Of a stretch of DNA of 64,000 nucleotides, positions 19,128 to 28,115 are shown piece by piece; position 1 is the stretch's first letter; every line of letters begins with the position of its first letter. Origin of the DNA: a virus (lineage: Duplodnaviria; Caudoviricetes); the IMG/VR virus record IMGVR_UViG_3300030098_006079. One strand, written 5' to 3'. Made by a program: the position numbers and the translations under genes. The notes beneath the pieces are model-generated. The model was given only the letters and a program-made list of their open reading frames with translations. It did not search any database and was not told where the DNA came from.

Positions 19128-20201
19128 ATGAAGAGTATTATTAATAAAGATAATGTCGACACCACTAAGCAGCCGCTGTTTTTTGGTGCTGGGTTAAATT
19201 TGCAGAGATACGATAAGTATCGCTACAAGAAAATCTATGACTTATTTCTCCAGCAATTAAGTTTCTTTTGGAGACCAGAGGAAGTAGATTTATCTGGTAA
19301 AGAGAAAAACGATTATGAAACTCTTACGGATCATCAAAAGTTTATCTTTACCAAGAACCTTGGTTATCAGATTCTTTTAGATTCTGTTCAAAGTAGAGGT
19401 ATCAGTCATCTATTAGAAGATTGTAGTAATCCAGAATTTGAAGCCTTTGCAAAGACTTGGGAGTTTTTTGAGACGTTACATAGTTACTCTTATACATATA
19501 TTATTAAGAATGTCTATCCGAATCCTTCAGAAGTATTTGATAATATCTTATCTGATCCAGAAATTATTAAACGAACAACGTCTGTTACGAAATATTATGA
19601 TGATCTAATTGAAACTATTCCTAATGAATCGGTTGATGATAGGAAGAAGAAACTTTATTTAACTTTAGTTAGTATTAATATTTTAGAGGGTATTAGATTT
19701 TATGTTTCGTTTGCATGTTCATATTGTTTTGCTCAGAATAAAACAATGGAAGGTAACGCAAAGATTATTTCATTAATTAATCGTGACGAGAATCTTCATT
19801 TAGCTTCTACTCAAAACCTATTGAAATATTTACGAGATAATGAAGAGGAAGGATTCCAGCATATTGTAGAGCAATGTCGACCTATAGTTAAGACAATGTT
19901 TGAAGATGCTGCTAAAGAAGAGATGGAATGGGCTAGATACCTTTTTAAAGATGGTTCTATGTTAGGTCTTAATGATGAGATCTTAATTCAATATATGAAG
20001 CATTTATGTAATCGTAGAACTAAAGCAGTTGGTGTTGAAAATGTATTTGAAGATACTCCTAATCCTATTCAATGGATTAAAAACTGGACTGAAAGTAAAC
20101 ACGTACAGGTCGCTCCTCAAGAGACACAGATAGAAACCTATAAGGTAGGTTCATTCAAACAAGACACGTCAGAGACAGATTTTTCTGACTTTAATTTTTA
20201 G
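19128..20201 (+). CDS. nrdB: Class Ia ribonucleotide reductase beta subunit
   Basis: FFWRPEEV, ETLHSYSY, LEGIRFYVSF, RDENLH, VAPQE. Confidence 0.97.
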   Translation: MKSIINKDNVDTTKQPLFFGAGLNLQRYDKYRYKKIYDLFLQQLSFFWRPEEVDLSGKEKNDYETLTDHQKFIFTKNLGYQILLDSVQSRGISHLLEDCSNPEFEAFAKTWEFFETLHSYSYTYIIKNVYPNPSEVFDNILSDPEIIKRTTSVTKYYDDLIETIPNESVDDRKKKLYLTLVSINILEGIRFYVSFACSYCFAQNKTMEGNAKIISLINRDENLHLASTQNLLKYLRDNEEEGFQHIVEQCRPIVKTMFEDAAKEEMEWARYLFKDGSMLGLNDEILIQYMKHLCNRRTKAVGVENVFEDTPNPIQWIKNWTESKHVQVAPQETQIETYKVGSFKQDTSETDFSDFNF

Positions 20202-20574
20202 TACTCTTTGAACCATTAAATCTGGTTAGGTCAAGCTGCTGTAGAGGTTTTTCTATTTTAAGCTTGGCTAACCATTCATTTTGTACTACTAATTTACTAC
20301 CACCGACGATTTTACCTTCATGGACATCATATATAAAAAAGACAGTCTTTACAATACCTACTCTTATAATTCGAGCTGGTTTTCCGTCCACGAAGACAAC
20401 ATCATCAGTTTTATAATCTCCTCCAACAAATACAAATAAAGATGCTGCTAGTTTTTTTATACTAGATTGAAAAAGTAATATTACTAAACCAGCAACAAAC
20501 AACCAACCGTAATCTCCGATTAGATTTTTTGCCATGTTCTCTAGATGTTGTGGTTGAATTCCTGTTGACTCCAT
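20191..20574 (-). CDS. Small membrane protein with MscS-like beta domain
   Basis: N-terminal TM helix then YKTDDVVFVDGKPARIIRVG. Confidence 0.55.
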   Translation of the reverse strand: MESTGIQPQHLENMAKNLIGDYGWLFVAGLVILLFQSSIKKLAASLFVFVGGDYKTDDVVFVDGKPARIIRVGIVKTVFFIYDVHEGKIVGGSKLVVQNEWLAKLKIEKPLQQLDLTRFNGSKSTKN

Positions 20575-20610
20575 ATAATTATTTAATTACGTTTGACATA
20601 AATAATTAAG

Positions 20611-20898
20611 ATGAAGAAAATATTTAACATCATTAAGGAATATAAGAAAGAGATCGGAGGTTTACTTCGACATGCTGCTACTATAGCTGGAGGTGTTTTA
20701 ATCGCTAAAGGTTCTCTTACTACTGATAGTTTCCATTTGATTTTAGGTGCTTCTACAAGTATAATCGGTACAGGTTGGTCGTTTGCTAATAAGATTTCTC
20801 AAAGAAAAGAAGTCAAAGTTGCTTTATCTACGGACCCAGTGACCGGTGATGTTACTCGTAAATTTAACGAGGAAACAAAAACTTGGGAAAGCGCTTAA
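20611..20898 (+). CDS. Putative two-TM holin (Pam3 gp28-like)
   Basis: GGLLRHAATIAGGVLIAKG...IIGTGWS; ATAAATA at 20598. Confidence 0.6.
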   Translation: MKKIFNIIKEYKKEIGGLLRHAATIAGGVLIAKGSLTTDSFHLILGASTSIIGTGWSFANKISQRKEVKVALSTDPVTGDVTRKFNEETKTWESA

Positions 20899-20901
20899 GA
20901 T

Positions 20902-21253
20902 AATGCATACAGGTTATCTTTATATTATAAGCAATAGATCTTGGCCTGGGTGGATAAAGGTAGGAACTACTAAGAATCTAAAAACTCGTCTGCAAACTTA
21001 TCAGACGGGTTCTCCTTTTCGAGATTATGAGATTTTATATTCTATAAAGCATCCAGATTACCTGAAAGCAGAAAAGAATATAAAAATACAAATGGCTCAT
21101 TTTGCTAAACAGATAAAAAATGAGTGGTATGAAGTAGATATAGAAATCGCTAAAGTTAGATTATCAGAACAATTAGACAATTACTTTTATGGTGAATGTG
21201 ATTATGAAGAAAAATATGATCACATACCAGTAAGAGATTTTATTTATAAATAA
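20902..21253 (+). CDS. GIY-YIG-like protein (T5orf172 family)
   Basis: GYLYII...IKVGTT....RL..YQTGSP...AE......EWY; start re-called at MHTGY. Confidence 0.75.
21245..21252 (+). promoter_or_regulatory. T4 late promoter
   Basis: Exact TATAAATA before the lysozyme gene. Confidence 0.7.
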
Positions 21254-21258
21254 TTATA

Positions 21259-22080
21259 ATGACATTTGATCAATTAAATGAAGCAAATGAGATTATTTTG
21301 CAAGAAGGACCTTTTGCGAAGGCTCTTGCAGCATTAGGTATTTTAGGAGCTACCTTAGGTAGTCCGGGCGAAGTACAAGCCAAAATGCCTACTCCAATAA
21401 CTCAAGCCATTAAACAAGATCAATCTTATTACGATTATATTGCGCCGAGTGAAGGTAAAGGTAAAGCTGGTCGCCCCGGGTACGCGTACAAAGACCACAA
21501 AGGTTACTTAACCGTTGGAGTAGGCCATCTTGTTTTACGTAACGACAAAGCCTTACAACAAGTAGCGGGAAGAGATTATAATAGCGTTATAAGAGGTCGT
21601 GTACCGTTATCTGATAGACAAATGGAAGCTTTATTTAATATAGACGTACAAGCAAAAATTGCTGCTGCCAGACGAGCATTACCAGCATTTGACTCCTACC
21701 CGCAGTACTTACGTAATGCTATTGTAGATGGTTTCTTTAGAGGAGATTTATCAGGAAGTAAAAATACTTTAGGTTTAATGAATAAAGGCCAATGGAAAGC
21801 AGCCGCAAAAGAATATCTCAATCATGCTGGTTATAGAACTTCAAAAGAAGAAGGAACAGGTGTAGCTGGTAGGATGGAACGTAATGCAGCTGTGTTTGCT
21901 ACTTATGGTGGTGGTTCATCTCCCCAACAACCAGTAAAGACCGACTTCTATACAGTTAAGTCTGGAGATACATTAAGTAAGATATCTAAAATGACAGGTA
22001 AGTCAATTAAAGATATAATGCAGAAGAATAGAATTACCAACCCGAATAAGATTAGTGTTGGTCAAAAGTTATCTATTTAG
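21259..22080 (+). CDS. T4-type lysozyme (GH24-like) with C-terminal LysM
   Basis: SEG...YKDHKGYLTVGVGH (E-D-T triad pattern); YTVKSGDTLSKIS...NRITNPNKISVGQKL. Confidence 0.85.
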   Translation: MTFDQLNEANEIILQEGPFAKALAALGILGATLGSPGEVQAKMPTPITQAIKQDQSYYDYIAPSEGKGKAGRPGYAYKDHKGYLTVGVGHLVLRNDKALQQVAGRDYNSVIRGRVPLSDRQMEALFNIDVQAKIAAARRALPAFDSYPQYLRNAIVDGFFRGDLSGSKNTLGLMNKGQWKAAAKEYLNHAGYRTSKEEGTGVAGRMERNAAVFATYGGGSSPQQPVKTDFYTVKSGDTLSKISKMTGKSIKDIMQKNRITNPNKISVGQKLSI

Positions 22081-22498
22081 CGCCTCGTTCTTGCCAATTG
22101 TAAGATTTTTCATCCGTTGTTATCGGACCACCTTTTGCCCATGTATGACAAGCTCTCGCACTGTGACATTTAAAGTGATGCATCCAACAGTAACCTAATC
22201 TACCATCGTCATCAGATGTTTCTCCAGGCATACAAGCATCCATTCTAGGAGAAATATCAAACGCTACACAGTTTCCGCACAGAGATGCTCTTGCAGCCCT
22301 TTCGGTTGTCTTCCAGTACCTAGCGATTCTTTTCCAATAATTACCGGGCTCACTTACATTTAATGGTCCGTAATTATAATCTCGTATTGTTGCATCTCTA
22401 TTCTTAGTGTTTAATGCTAGGTCTTGAGTTGCCGCTGGACAATCCATTCCAGCTTTTTCTAGTATTGTTTGTATTAATGATTCGAATAGTTTTGTCAT
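22073..22498 (-). CDS. Cys/His-rich metal-binding protein (HiPIP-like spacing)
   Basis: LCGNCVAF...GYCWMHHFKCHSARACHTW. Confidence 0.6.
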   Translation of the reverse strand: MTKLFESLIQTILEKAGMDCPAATQDLALNTKNRDATIRDYNYGPLNVSEPGNYWKRIARYWKTTERAARASLCGNCVAFDISPRMDACMPGETSDDDGRLGYCWMHHFKCHSARACHTWAKGGPITTDEKSYNWQERGAK

Positions 22499-22499
22499 T

Positions 22500-22895
22500 T
22501 TACCAGTCCTTACACGCTTGATATCTGGCCGTACCTGGTTTAGCAGAACTACATTTATGTCTTGCTCTAAAGCTTTTCCTTCTTTTAGTATTTGCCTTAC
22601 CAGATACTTTCACACCTTTTTGACCCCAATGTATTCTCTTATAACCTTTACCGTCAGGGTTCTTAACACACTTCATCCACTTCTTACCTTTCGCAGTACT
22701 ACTAGCTTTCTTAGTAGACTTAGTACATCTTGCTGCTTCATCAATATCTTCTTTAGAAATCTTAGCAGCTTGCTTCTTCATCTGCTTTCTATACTTTGGA
22801 TCATTCTTCCATTTACTAGAAACTTTACCCTTCTTTTTAGCTTTGTTAATATTATCCCAAAGACCTTCGTATAGTTTATCGAATTCTGGTGTCAT
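22500..22895 (-). CDS. Basic hypothetical virion protein
   Basis: Very K/R-rich; RRKSFRARHKC...ARYQACKDW. Confidence 0.65.
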   Translation of the reverse strand: MTPEFDKLYEGLWDNINKAKKKGKVSSKWKNDPKYRKQMKKQAAKISKEDIDEAARCTKSTKKASSTAKGKKWMKCVKNPDGKGYKRIHWGQKGVKVSGKANTKRRKSFRARHKCSSAKPGTARYQACKDW

Positions 22896-22899
22896 ATCG

Positions 22900-22911
22900 T
22901 ATAAATATTTA
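22900..22911. promoter_or_regulatory. Back-to-back late promoters
   Basis: TATAAATA on + (22900-22907) overlapping TAAATA on - (22906-22911) between divergent genes. Confidence 0.6.
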
Positions 22912-22912
22912 T

Positions 22913-23263
22913 ATGGAAACTACTAAAAAATTAGATAGTTACTTAAATGAATTGCATTGTCATTGTGACGGTAAGTCTCATGGTAAGAAGAAAAAGAAAA
23001 AAGTAAACGAAGATAATGCTGAACCTGATGGTGCAGGTATGGCTAAAACTGATTTATTTCATCTAGCTAACACATCTAAAGAACTACATGATATGTTAGA
23101 TGATGAATATCCATTAGATGATTGGATGGAAGCTAAATTAACAAAAGCAGCTGATTATGTTAAGTCTGTATATCAATCTGTTGCATACGATATAAAGGGT
23201 GAAGGGGAAGAAACTACAAACGAACATACTACAATTTATATTACTACTCCTGATGCCAAATAA
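22913..23263 (+). CDS. Hypothetical head-associated-type protein
   Basis: GMAKTDL...DDWMEAKLTKAADYVKSV; start re-called at METTK. Confidence 0.6.
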   Translation: METTKKLDSYLNELHCHCDGKSHGKKKKKKVNEDNAEPDGAGMAKTDLFHLANTSKELHDMLDDEYPLDDWMEAKLTKAADYVKSVYQSVAYDIKGEGEETTNEHTTIYITTPDAK

Positions 23264-24119
23264 TTTTAAAACATATTTCGAAGAAAATAATTATTATAAT
23301 GATACTCTTCATCCTGATTTTTGGGATGAATTTGAGTTTAAAGAGGATATACTTAAGCCAATTTTAAAAATTGTTGACGACTTCGTACAGGACGATGATC
23401 ATATTTCTGCTGAGATGATAGAAGATATACAGTTAACTGGCTCATTAGCCAATTATAACTATTCAGAGTACTCTGATTTAGATGTACATATACTTTTAGA
23501 CTTTGCTGATATTAATAAAGATGAAGATTTAGTAAAGCGTGCGTTAGATGGAAAGAGATTTATTTGGAACCTTAGACATGATATAAAATTTAATGGCCAT
23601 GAAGTTGAGTTATATTTTCAAGATATTCATGAACCTCATGTGGCTTCCGGTCTATTTAGTTTATCTGGCAATAGATGGATTAAAAAGCCTAAATACGAAA
23701 AACCGGAAGTAGATCACGAGGACGTAGTAAAAAAAGCTGAGTCGTTTAAAAAAGAGCTTGATCTCTTAGCTGATGCATTAGATAATATTAGCGACGAGAA
23801 AGAATTTAGTCTTATTAATAGACGTGCAAAGAAGCTTAAAGATAAGATTATGAAGATGCGTAGAGAAGGTCTCGCTAGTAAAGGAGAGTTTTCTGTTGAG
23901 AATCTCGCATTTAAAAATTTACGTAATGATCAGACTATAGCTAGATTAAATGATCTAATTATTAAGTCATATGATCTTATGTATTCAAAAGAAGAGTTAA
24001 AAGAGAAGGTTGGTTTAGAAGAATGGGAAAAAGCTATGTTGAGTGCTTTAGGTACCAAAAACGATAAAAACGCTCAACATCAAAAAGAAAAACCAAAAAG
24101 ATATCCTATAGGTATATGA
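23253..24119 (+). CDS. Pol-beta-superfamily nucleotidyltransferase
   Basis: LTGSLANYNYSEYSDLDVH (GS-x10-DxD) and HEVELY; start re-called at MPNNFKTYFEE. Confidence 0.78.
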   Translation: MPNNFKTYFEENNYYNDTLHPDFWDEFEFKEDILKPILKIVDDFVQDDDHISAEMIEDIQLTGSLANYNYSEYSDLDVHILLDFADINKDEDLVKRALDGKRFIWNLRHDIKFNGHEVELYFQDIHEPHVASGLFSLSGNRWIKKPKYEKPEVDHEDVVKKAESFKKELDLLADALDNISDEKEFSLINRRAKKLKDKIMKMRREGLASKGEFSVENLAFKNLRNDQTIARLNDLIIKSYDLMYSKEELKEKVGLEEWEKAMLSALGTKNDKNAQHQKEKPKRYPIGI

Positions 24120-25183
24120 AAACATATAAACAATATTTTAAAGAGAATTATATTAAGTTTATTGATCCTGATACTGGTAAAGAAGTAAAGCGTAGAGTAT
24201 CAGATACTTTTATTAATAGTATTTTAAAAAAGAAATCTGACAAGTTCGACTCTGCGTCGTATTTAAAAAAGATTAGAGATCATGGAGTAAAAACTGGAGC
24301 ATTTGATAAGGGAGAAAATATTGACTCTAGAGATGTTGTTGCATTTTTTGACTTTATAAAAGAGGCAGTACCTCGCAATCAACTACATAATTTTTTAAAA
24401 GAATTACCAAGAAAAGATTTACAAGCTCGTTTTAAAGAGGAGCTTTCTAGGTCTAAAAAATTTAGCTTTTTAGATGTTTTAGATACTACGTGTGACCCGT
24501 CTTGCAAATTCGCTGATGCATTAGCAAGTAATCCAGTTGTACTTAAAATTAGACCAGCGTCTGATAGATATAAGACTCGTGGTGCAGCTGGTCCTGGTGA
24601 AGCATTTTTAGCTTTTATGTTTTCTGGTAGAAAACCATCTGGGGCTGGAGACTTAGAATTAGACGATATGATTGTTGAGTTAAAAGCCAATGGTGGTCGA
24701 ATAGCTAAAGACTTAGATTTTCGAGGCCAAGGAAGATTATTAAGAAGTTTTTATCCAGGTATTAAGAGTACGACACAAGAAGCCTTACCTTTAATTTTAC
24801 GTCATTTTAATCAATCAGAGACGGATTTAAGTATGTTAGATTTTCTATCTGCAGTTTCTGGAGTACCATCTGGTTTAGACGATCTTGATATTAAATATTT
24901 TGCCAAGAGACCGATATATGATCTCAAAAAATACCCTACATACAGAGAGTTAATACAATTGTTAGGACCAATACAAATGAAAAATTACTTCACTAAAATC
25001 GCTGACTTTAATACAATTGCTATATTTGATAATGATATAATTATAGGTTTTAGTAGAGATATTTTACAGCAAAAAACCTCAGTTCAAATACAAAAAGAGT
25101 TTGCAAATAGTGGTGTTATAATAGGAGCAAAACCAGCAGGTGGAAGTGCATATGATGCATCAGGGTTTACAATTAATGTATGA
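24116..25183 (+). CDS. Hypothetical protein with possible PD-(D/E)xK nuclease core
   Basis: GPGEAFL...GAGDLELDDMIVELKANGG; leader MKTYKQYFKE. Confidence 0.55.
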   Translation: MKTYKQYFKENYIKFIDPDTGKEVKRRVSDTFINSILKKKSDKFDSASYLKKIRDHGVKTGAFDKGENIDSRDVVAFFDFIKEAVPRNQLHNFLKELPRKDLQARFKEELSRSKKFSFLDVLDTTCDPSCKFADALASNPVVLKIRPASDRYKTRGAAGPGEAFLAFMFSGRKPSGAGDLELDDMIVELKANGGRIAKDLDFRGQGRLLRSFYPGIKSTTQEALPLILRHFNQSETDLSMLDFLSAVSGVPSGLDDLDIKYFAKRPIYDLKKYPTYRELIQLLGPIQMKNYFTKIADFNTIAIFDNDIIIGFSRDILQQKTSVQIQKEFANSGVIIGAKPAGGSAYDASGFTINV

Positions 25184-25395
25184 ACGCAATCGGATTATAT
25201 GATACAATGGTAATGGGTTATAGGGTTAAAGTACAACCTTATAAAATTACTATATTCGATGAAGACGGTTCAATTGAGGGTACTCAAATACCTAATAAGT
25301 TAGTAAGATATATTATACATGAAGGTTTTTGCGATGCTTGGCTTACAGAGAGCATGGCTATAAAGGTTAACGTTTATAGGATTAAAGATATATGA
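25180..25395 (+). CDS. Hypothetical protein
   Basis: 71-aa ORF with 4-nt overlaps on both sides. Confidence 0.6.
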   Translation: MNAIGLYDTMVMGYRVKVQPYKITIFDEDGSIEGTQIPNKLVRYIIHEGFCDAWLTESMAIKVNVYRIKDI

Positions 25396-26438
25396 TAACA
25401 TACAAAGAATATTTTTTATTTAATGAAGGTGGTGCAGGAGGTCATATGCAGCATCCTTTTGATGTTGATTCAGTAAACTCTGGTCAAGATCTAATAGATT
25501 TTTTTAATAGAGCGCACGATAGTTTAAGTAACAATCCTGGATCATTAAAAATAGATGGCGTTAATGCTTCTATAAAATTTATAGGTAATGAATTCGCTTT
25601 AGATAGAGGAAGTAATAAACCAATAGACGTTGAAGGTATTACTATATCAAGATTAGGTGAAAGGTTTCCTGAAGGTCATGGAATGATTAAAGTTGGTACT
25701 GAAGTGCTTTCGTTTTTTAACGACGCGTTAGGTAACATACAACAAGAATTACAATCATTAGGCATATTAGATAACCCGAATGTGCTTTTTAATTTAGAAT
25801 ATGTTGATGGTAGTACTAATGTTCTAGAATATGATGAAAAATTTATCGCTATACATGGTTTATTAGAAATGTATCAAGCTACACCTCGTAGACGTGCTTC
25901 GAAAGAAATTAATTATAATCCTGAGGTAATGCAATCGTTGATAGAAAAATTAAACCAAGCTGGAACATTTAAGGTTTTCGGATCTGTTGACGTAGGTGTC
26001 GGAGAAAGGCCTAATTATGAAGCGGTATTAGCTCAAAACGTAGAAATACCATATGAACAATCTAGTAATGAAGTTAAACCGTTAAAGCAATGGTTGCAAG
26101 AGTTAAACTTACCTAAGAGAGTCAAGTTAAAGAGGCTAGATGGTACACCGAGAGAAGCAATAAGCAAAGCAAACTACATGGATATTATCTTACAGCAAGT
26201 ACCTGTTGATACATTATATGAGAACCCAGACGAACAAAGAGCTGCTATTGATGGAGCTATTGTTTATCATGCAACAAGATTTTTAGGTAAAGCCTTACTC
26301 GAAACTCTCGATTCACCAATGGGTCGTGTCGACTCTCATGAAGGAGTTGTTATAAGAGATCCGAGAATTGATGTACGCCCGGTAAAAATTACAGGTGACT
26401 TTATCATTCAAGGTTTACAAAGTACATTCCGTAAATAG
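25392..26438 (+). CDS. Ligase/capping-enzyme-fold protein (DUF6267-like)
   Basis: GHMQHPFD, LKIDGVNA (KxDG), HEGVVIRD, VKITGDF. Confidence 0.6.
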   Translation: MITYKEYFLFNEGGAGGHMQHPFDVDSVNSGQDLIDFFNRAHDSLSNNPGSLKIDGVNASIKFIGNEFALDRGSNKPIDVEGITISRLGERFPEGHGMIKVGTEVLSFFNDALGNIQQELQSLGILDNPNVLFNLEYVDGSTNVLEYDEKFIAIHGLLEMYQATPRRRASKEINYNPEVMQSLIEKLNQAGTFKVFGSVDVGVGERPNYEAVLAQNVEIPYEQSSNEVKPLKQWLQELNLPKRVKLKRLDGTPREAISKANYMDIILQQVPVDTLYENPDEQRAAIDGAIVYHATRFLGKALLETLDSPMGRVDSHEGVVIRDPRIDVRPVKITGDFIIQGLQSTFRK

Positions 26439-26475
26439 TGGTTTCCTAAATTAATTCTGTAAATAATCCTACAGG

Positions 26476-27060
26476 ATGACTATCGTTTTTAATTTATTTG
26501 ATTCCTCTTATAGTGGTAGTTTTTTAAGCTCATGGGTTAATTTAACTTCTTATCTAAATAAGACTGGTATTTATTATTATGTGTCTCAACACTCAAGCTG
26601 TAATGCTTTTTATGCTAAGCAGATGTGTTTAGGAGGTAACGTATTAGCTGGTCCTAAACAAAAGCCATATCAAAACAAAATTAATTATGACGTATTAGTT
26701 TTTCTAAGCAATAAAATTACATTTACTTCTACTACGTTTATTAAAACATTAGATAAATTTATGGAAAGTGATCATAAATTTTTATCAGGTATGTTCGAAG
26801 GTAGGTATAAAGCTAAAAATGAAGACGATAATTATATTATAGCTGATTTTTTAGACTTTGATTTAGTCTTTATTAAAAAAGGAATATTTGAGCAACTTAC
26901 ATATCCTTGGTTTAAGCCACATGTAAGCAAGAATAAAATAGAACAACAATACATAGATATTGATATATGTAATAGAATAAAAGAACAAAATATAGATTTA
27001 CTTATAGATAAAAATATAGAATTAAATGAAAGTAATTTTAATTTCGTAAAAATAAAATGA
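26476..27060 (+). CDS. Degenerate GT-A (GT2-like) glycosyltransferase paralogue
   Basis: Colinear with 27057 (LFIKKGIFEQLTYPWF vs LFKKGIFEQLQYPWF) but lacks DDD; TAAATA at 26460. Confidence 0.6.
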   Translation: MTIVFNLFDSSYSGSFLSSWVNLTSYLNKTGIYYYVSQHSSCNAFYAKQMCLGGNVLAGPKQKPYQNKINYDVLVFLSNKITFTSTTFIKTLDKFMESDHKFLSGMFEGRYKAKNEDDNYIIADFLDFDLVFIKKGIFEQLTYPWFKPHVSKNKIEQQYIDIDICNRIKEQNIDLLIDKNIELNESNFNFVKIK

Positions 27061-27713
27061 ATAAGACTATTATTATATGTTGTCCTGGACAGTCATTTAC
27101 AGGTAAGTTTTTAACATCTCTTACATATTTGATTAGACATTTACATAGTAAAGGGTTTAAAGTTTTATTTAGTACAACATTTTCTCGTAACATATATGAA
27201 GTACGTAACAAATGTCTTATGGGTGACCCTAGTAATGGTCCTGATCAACAGTTATTTAACGGTCAAGATTATGATTACATATTATGGCTAGATGATGATA
27301 TTATTTTTACTCCAGAAGATTTTGAAAAGTTATATAAAGAGGATAAAGATGTTATATCAGGTTTGTATTTAATGGCTAATGGAACTCAGTTCGCTGCTGT
27401 TGAAGTGTGGGACGAAGAATTTTTCAAAGAAAACGGGACGTTTGAATTTCTTAATAAACAAGATATATCTCATAGGTTATTACCGTTTAGTGTTGAGTAT
27501 GTTGGTTTTGGATTTTTATTATTTAAAAAAGGAATCTTTGAGCAATTACAATATCCATGGTTTGAGCCTACATTTTTAGAGATAAAAGATTGTATTGATT
27601 TTTCTATGGAGGACGTAACTCTTTGTATAAAATTGCGCAAATTAAATATCGACGTTTATGTACATCCAGATGTTGTTGTAGGTCATCAAAAGGAAGTTGA
27701 GTTAAAAATATGA
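27057..27713 (+). CDS. GT-A (GT2-like) glycosyltransferase
   Basis: YILWLDDDIIF (DxD), VGFGFLL, MEDVTLC, VVGHQK. Confidence 0.75.
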   Translation: MNKTIIICCPGQSFTGKFLTSLTYLIRHLHSKGFKVLFSTTFSRNIYEVRNKCLMGDPSNGPDQQLFNGQDYDYILWLDDDIIFTPEDFEKLYKEDKDVISGLYLMANGTQFAAVEVWDEEFFKENGTFEFLNKQDISHRLLPFSVEYVGFGFLLFKKGIFEQLQYPWFEPTFLEIKDCIDFSMEDVTLCIKLRKLNIDVYVHPDVVVGHQKEVELKI

Positions 27714-28099
27714 ACGCTGAAACACCAGAAGAATTCTGGTATCAAAATATAGCTAAATATAGTACACCACCAGAACCTAAACAATCATTTCCGTCTAATG
27801 TTGTTGTAGAACAACTTACAAAAACTAAGAAATCTGAAATATGCATATTTGAAGGTTATTTAAAGAATGGAGATAGTATACTTCTTACATATCCGCGTAA
27901 TGCTTCTCTAGATGGTACCATAGTTGTAAAGAATTTTATTGGTATGGGAGTAGGGAAATGTGATTATGACGCTCAAATACACGTTGTTGTTTATGATTTA
28001 GATTATCATAAACCTATGACTGATGAATTCTTTCTTTCTCTACTGCAAGATAGTTATGGTTGGGAAATTAAAGACTATGGGGATTTATCTATATACTAG
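27710..28099 (+). CDS. Hypothetical protein
   Basis: 129-aa ORF coupled to the GT gene. Confidence 0.6.
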   Translation: MNAETPEEFWYQNIAKYSTPPEPKQSFPSNVVVEQLTKTKKSEICIFEGYLKNGDSILLTYPRNASLDGTIVVKNFIGMGVGKCDYDAQIHVVVYDLDYHKPMTDEFFLSLLQDSYGWEIKDYGDLSIY

Positions 28100-28102
28100 A
28101 CC

Positions 28103-28109
28103 ATAAATA
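28103..28109 (+). promoter_or_regulatory. Late promoter core
   Basis: ATAAATA before 28116. Confidence 0.6.
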
Positions 28110-28115
28110 ATTAAT

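Noticed and set aside
16869-20201. Intein or group I intron in nrdA/nrdB
   Set aside because: Both ORFs are continuous and of normal length, without splicing motifs.
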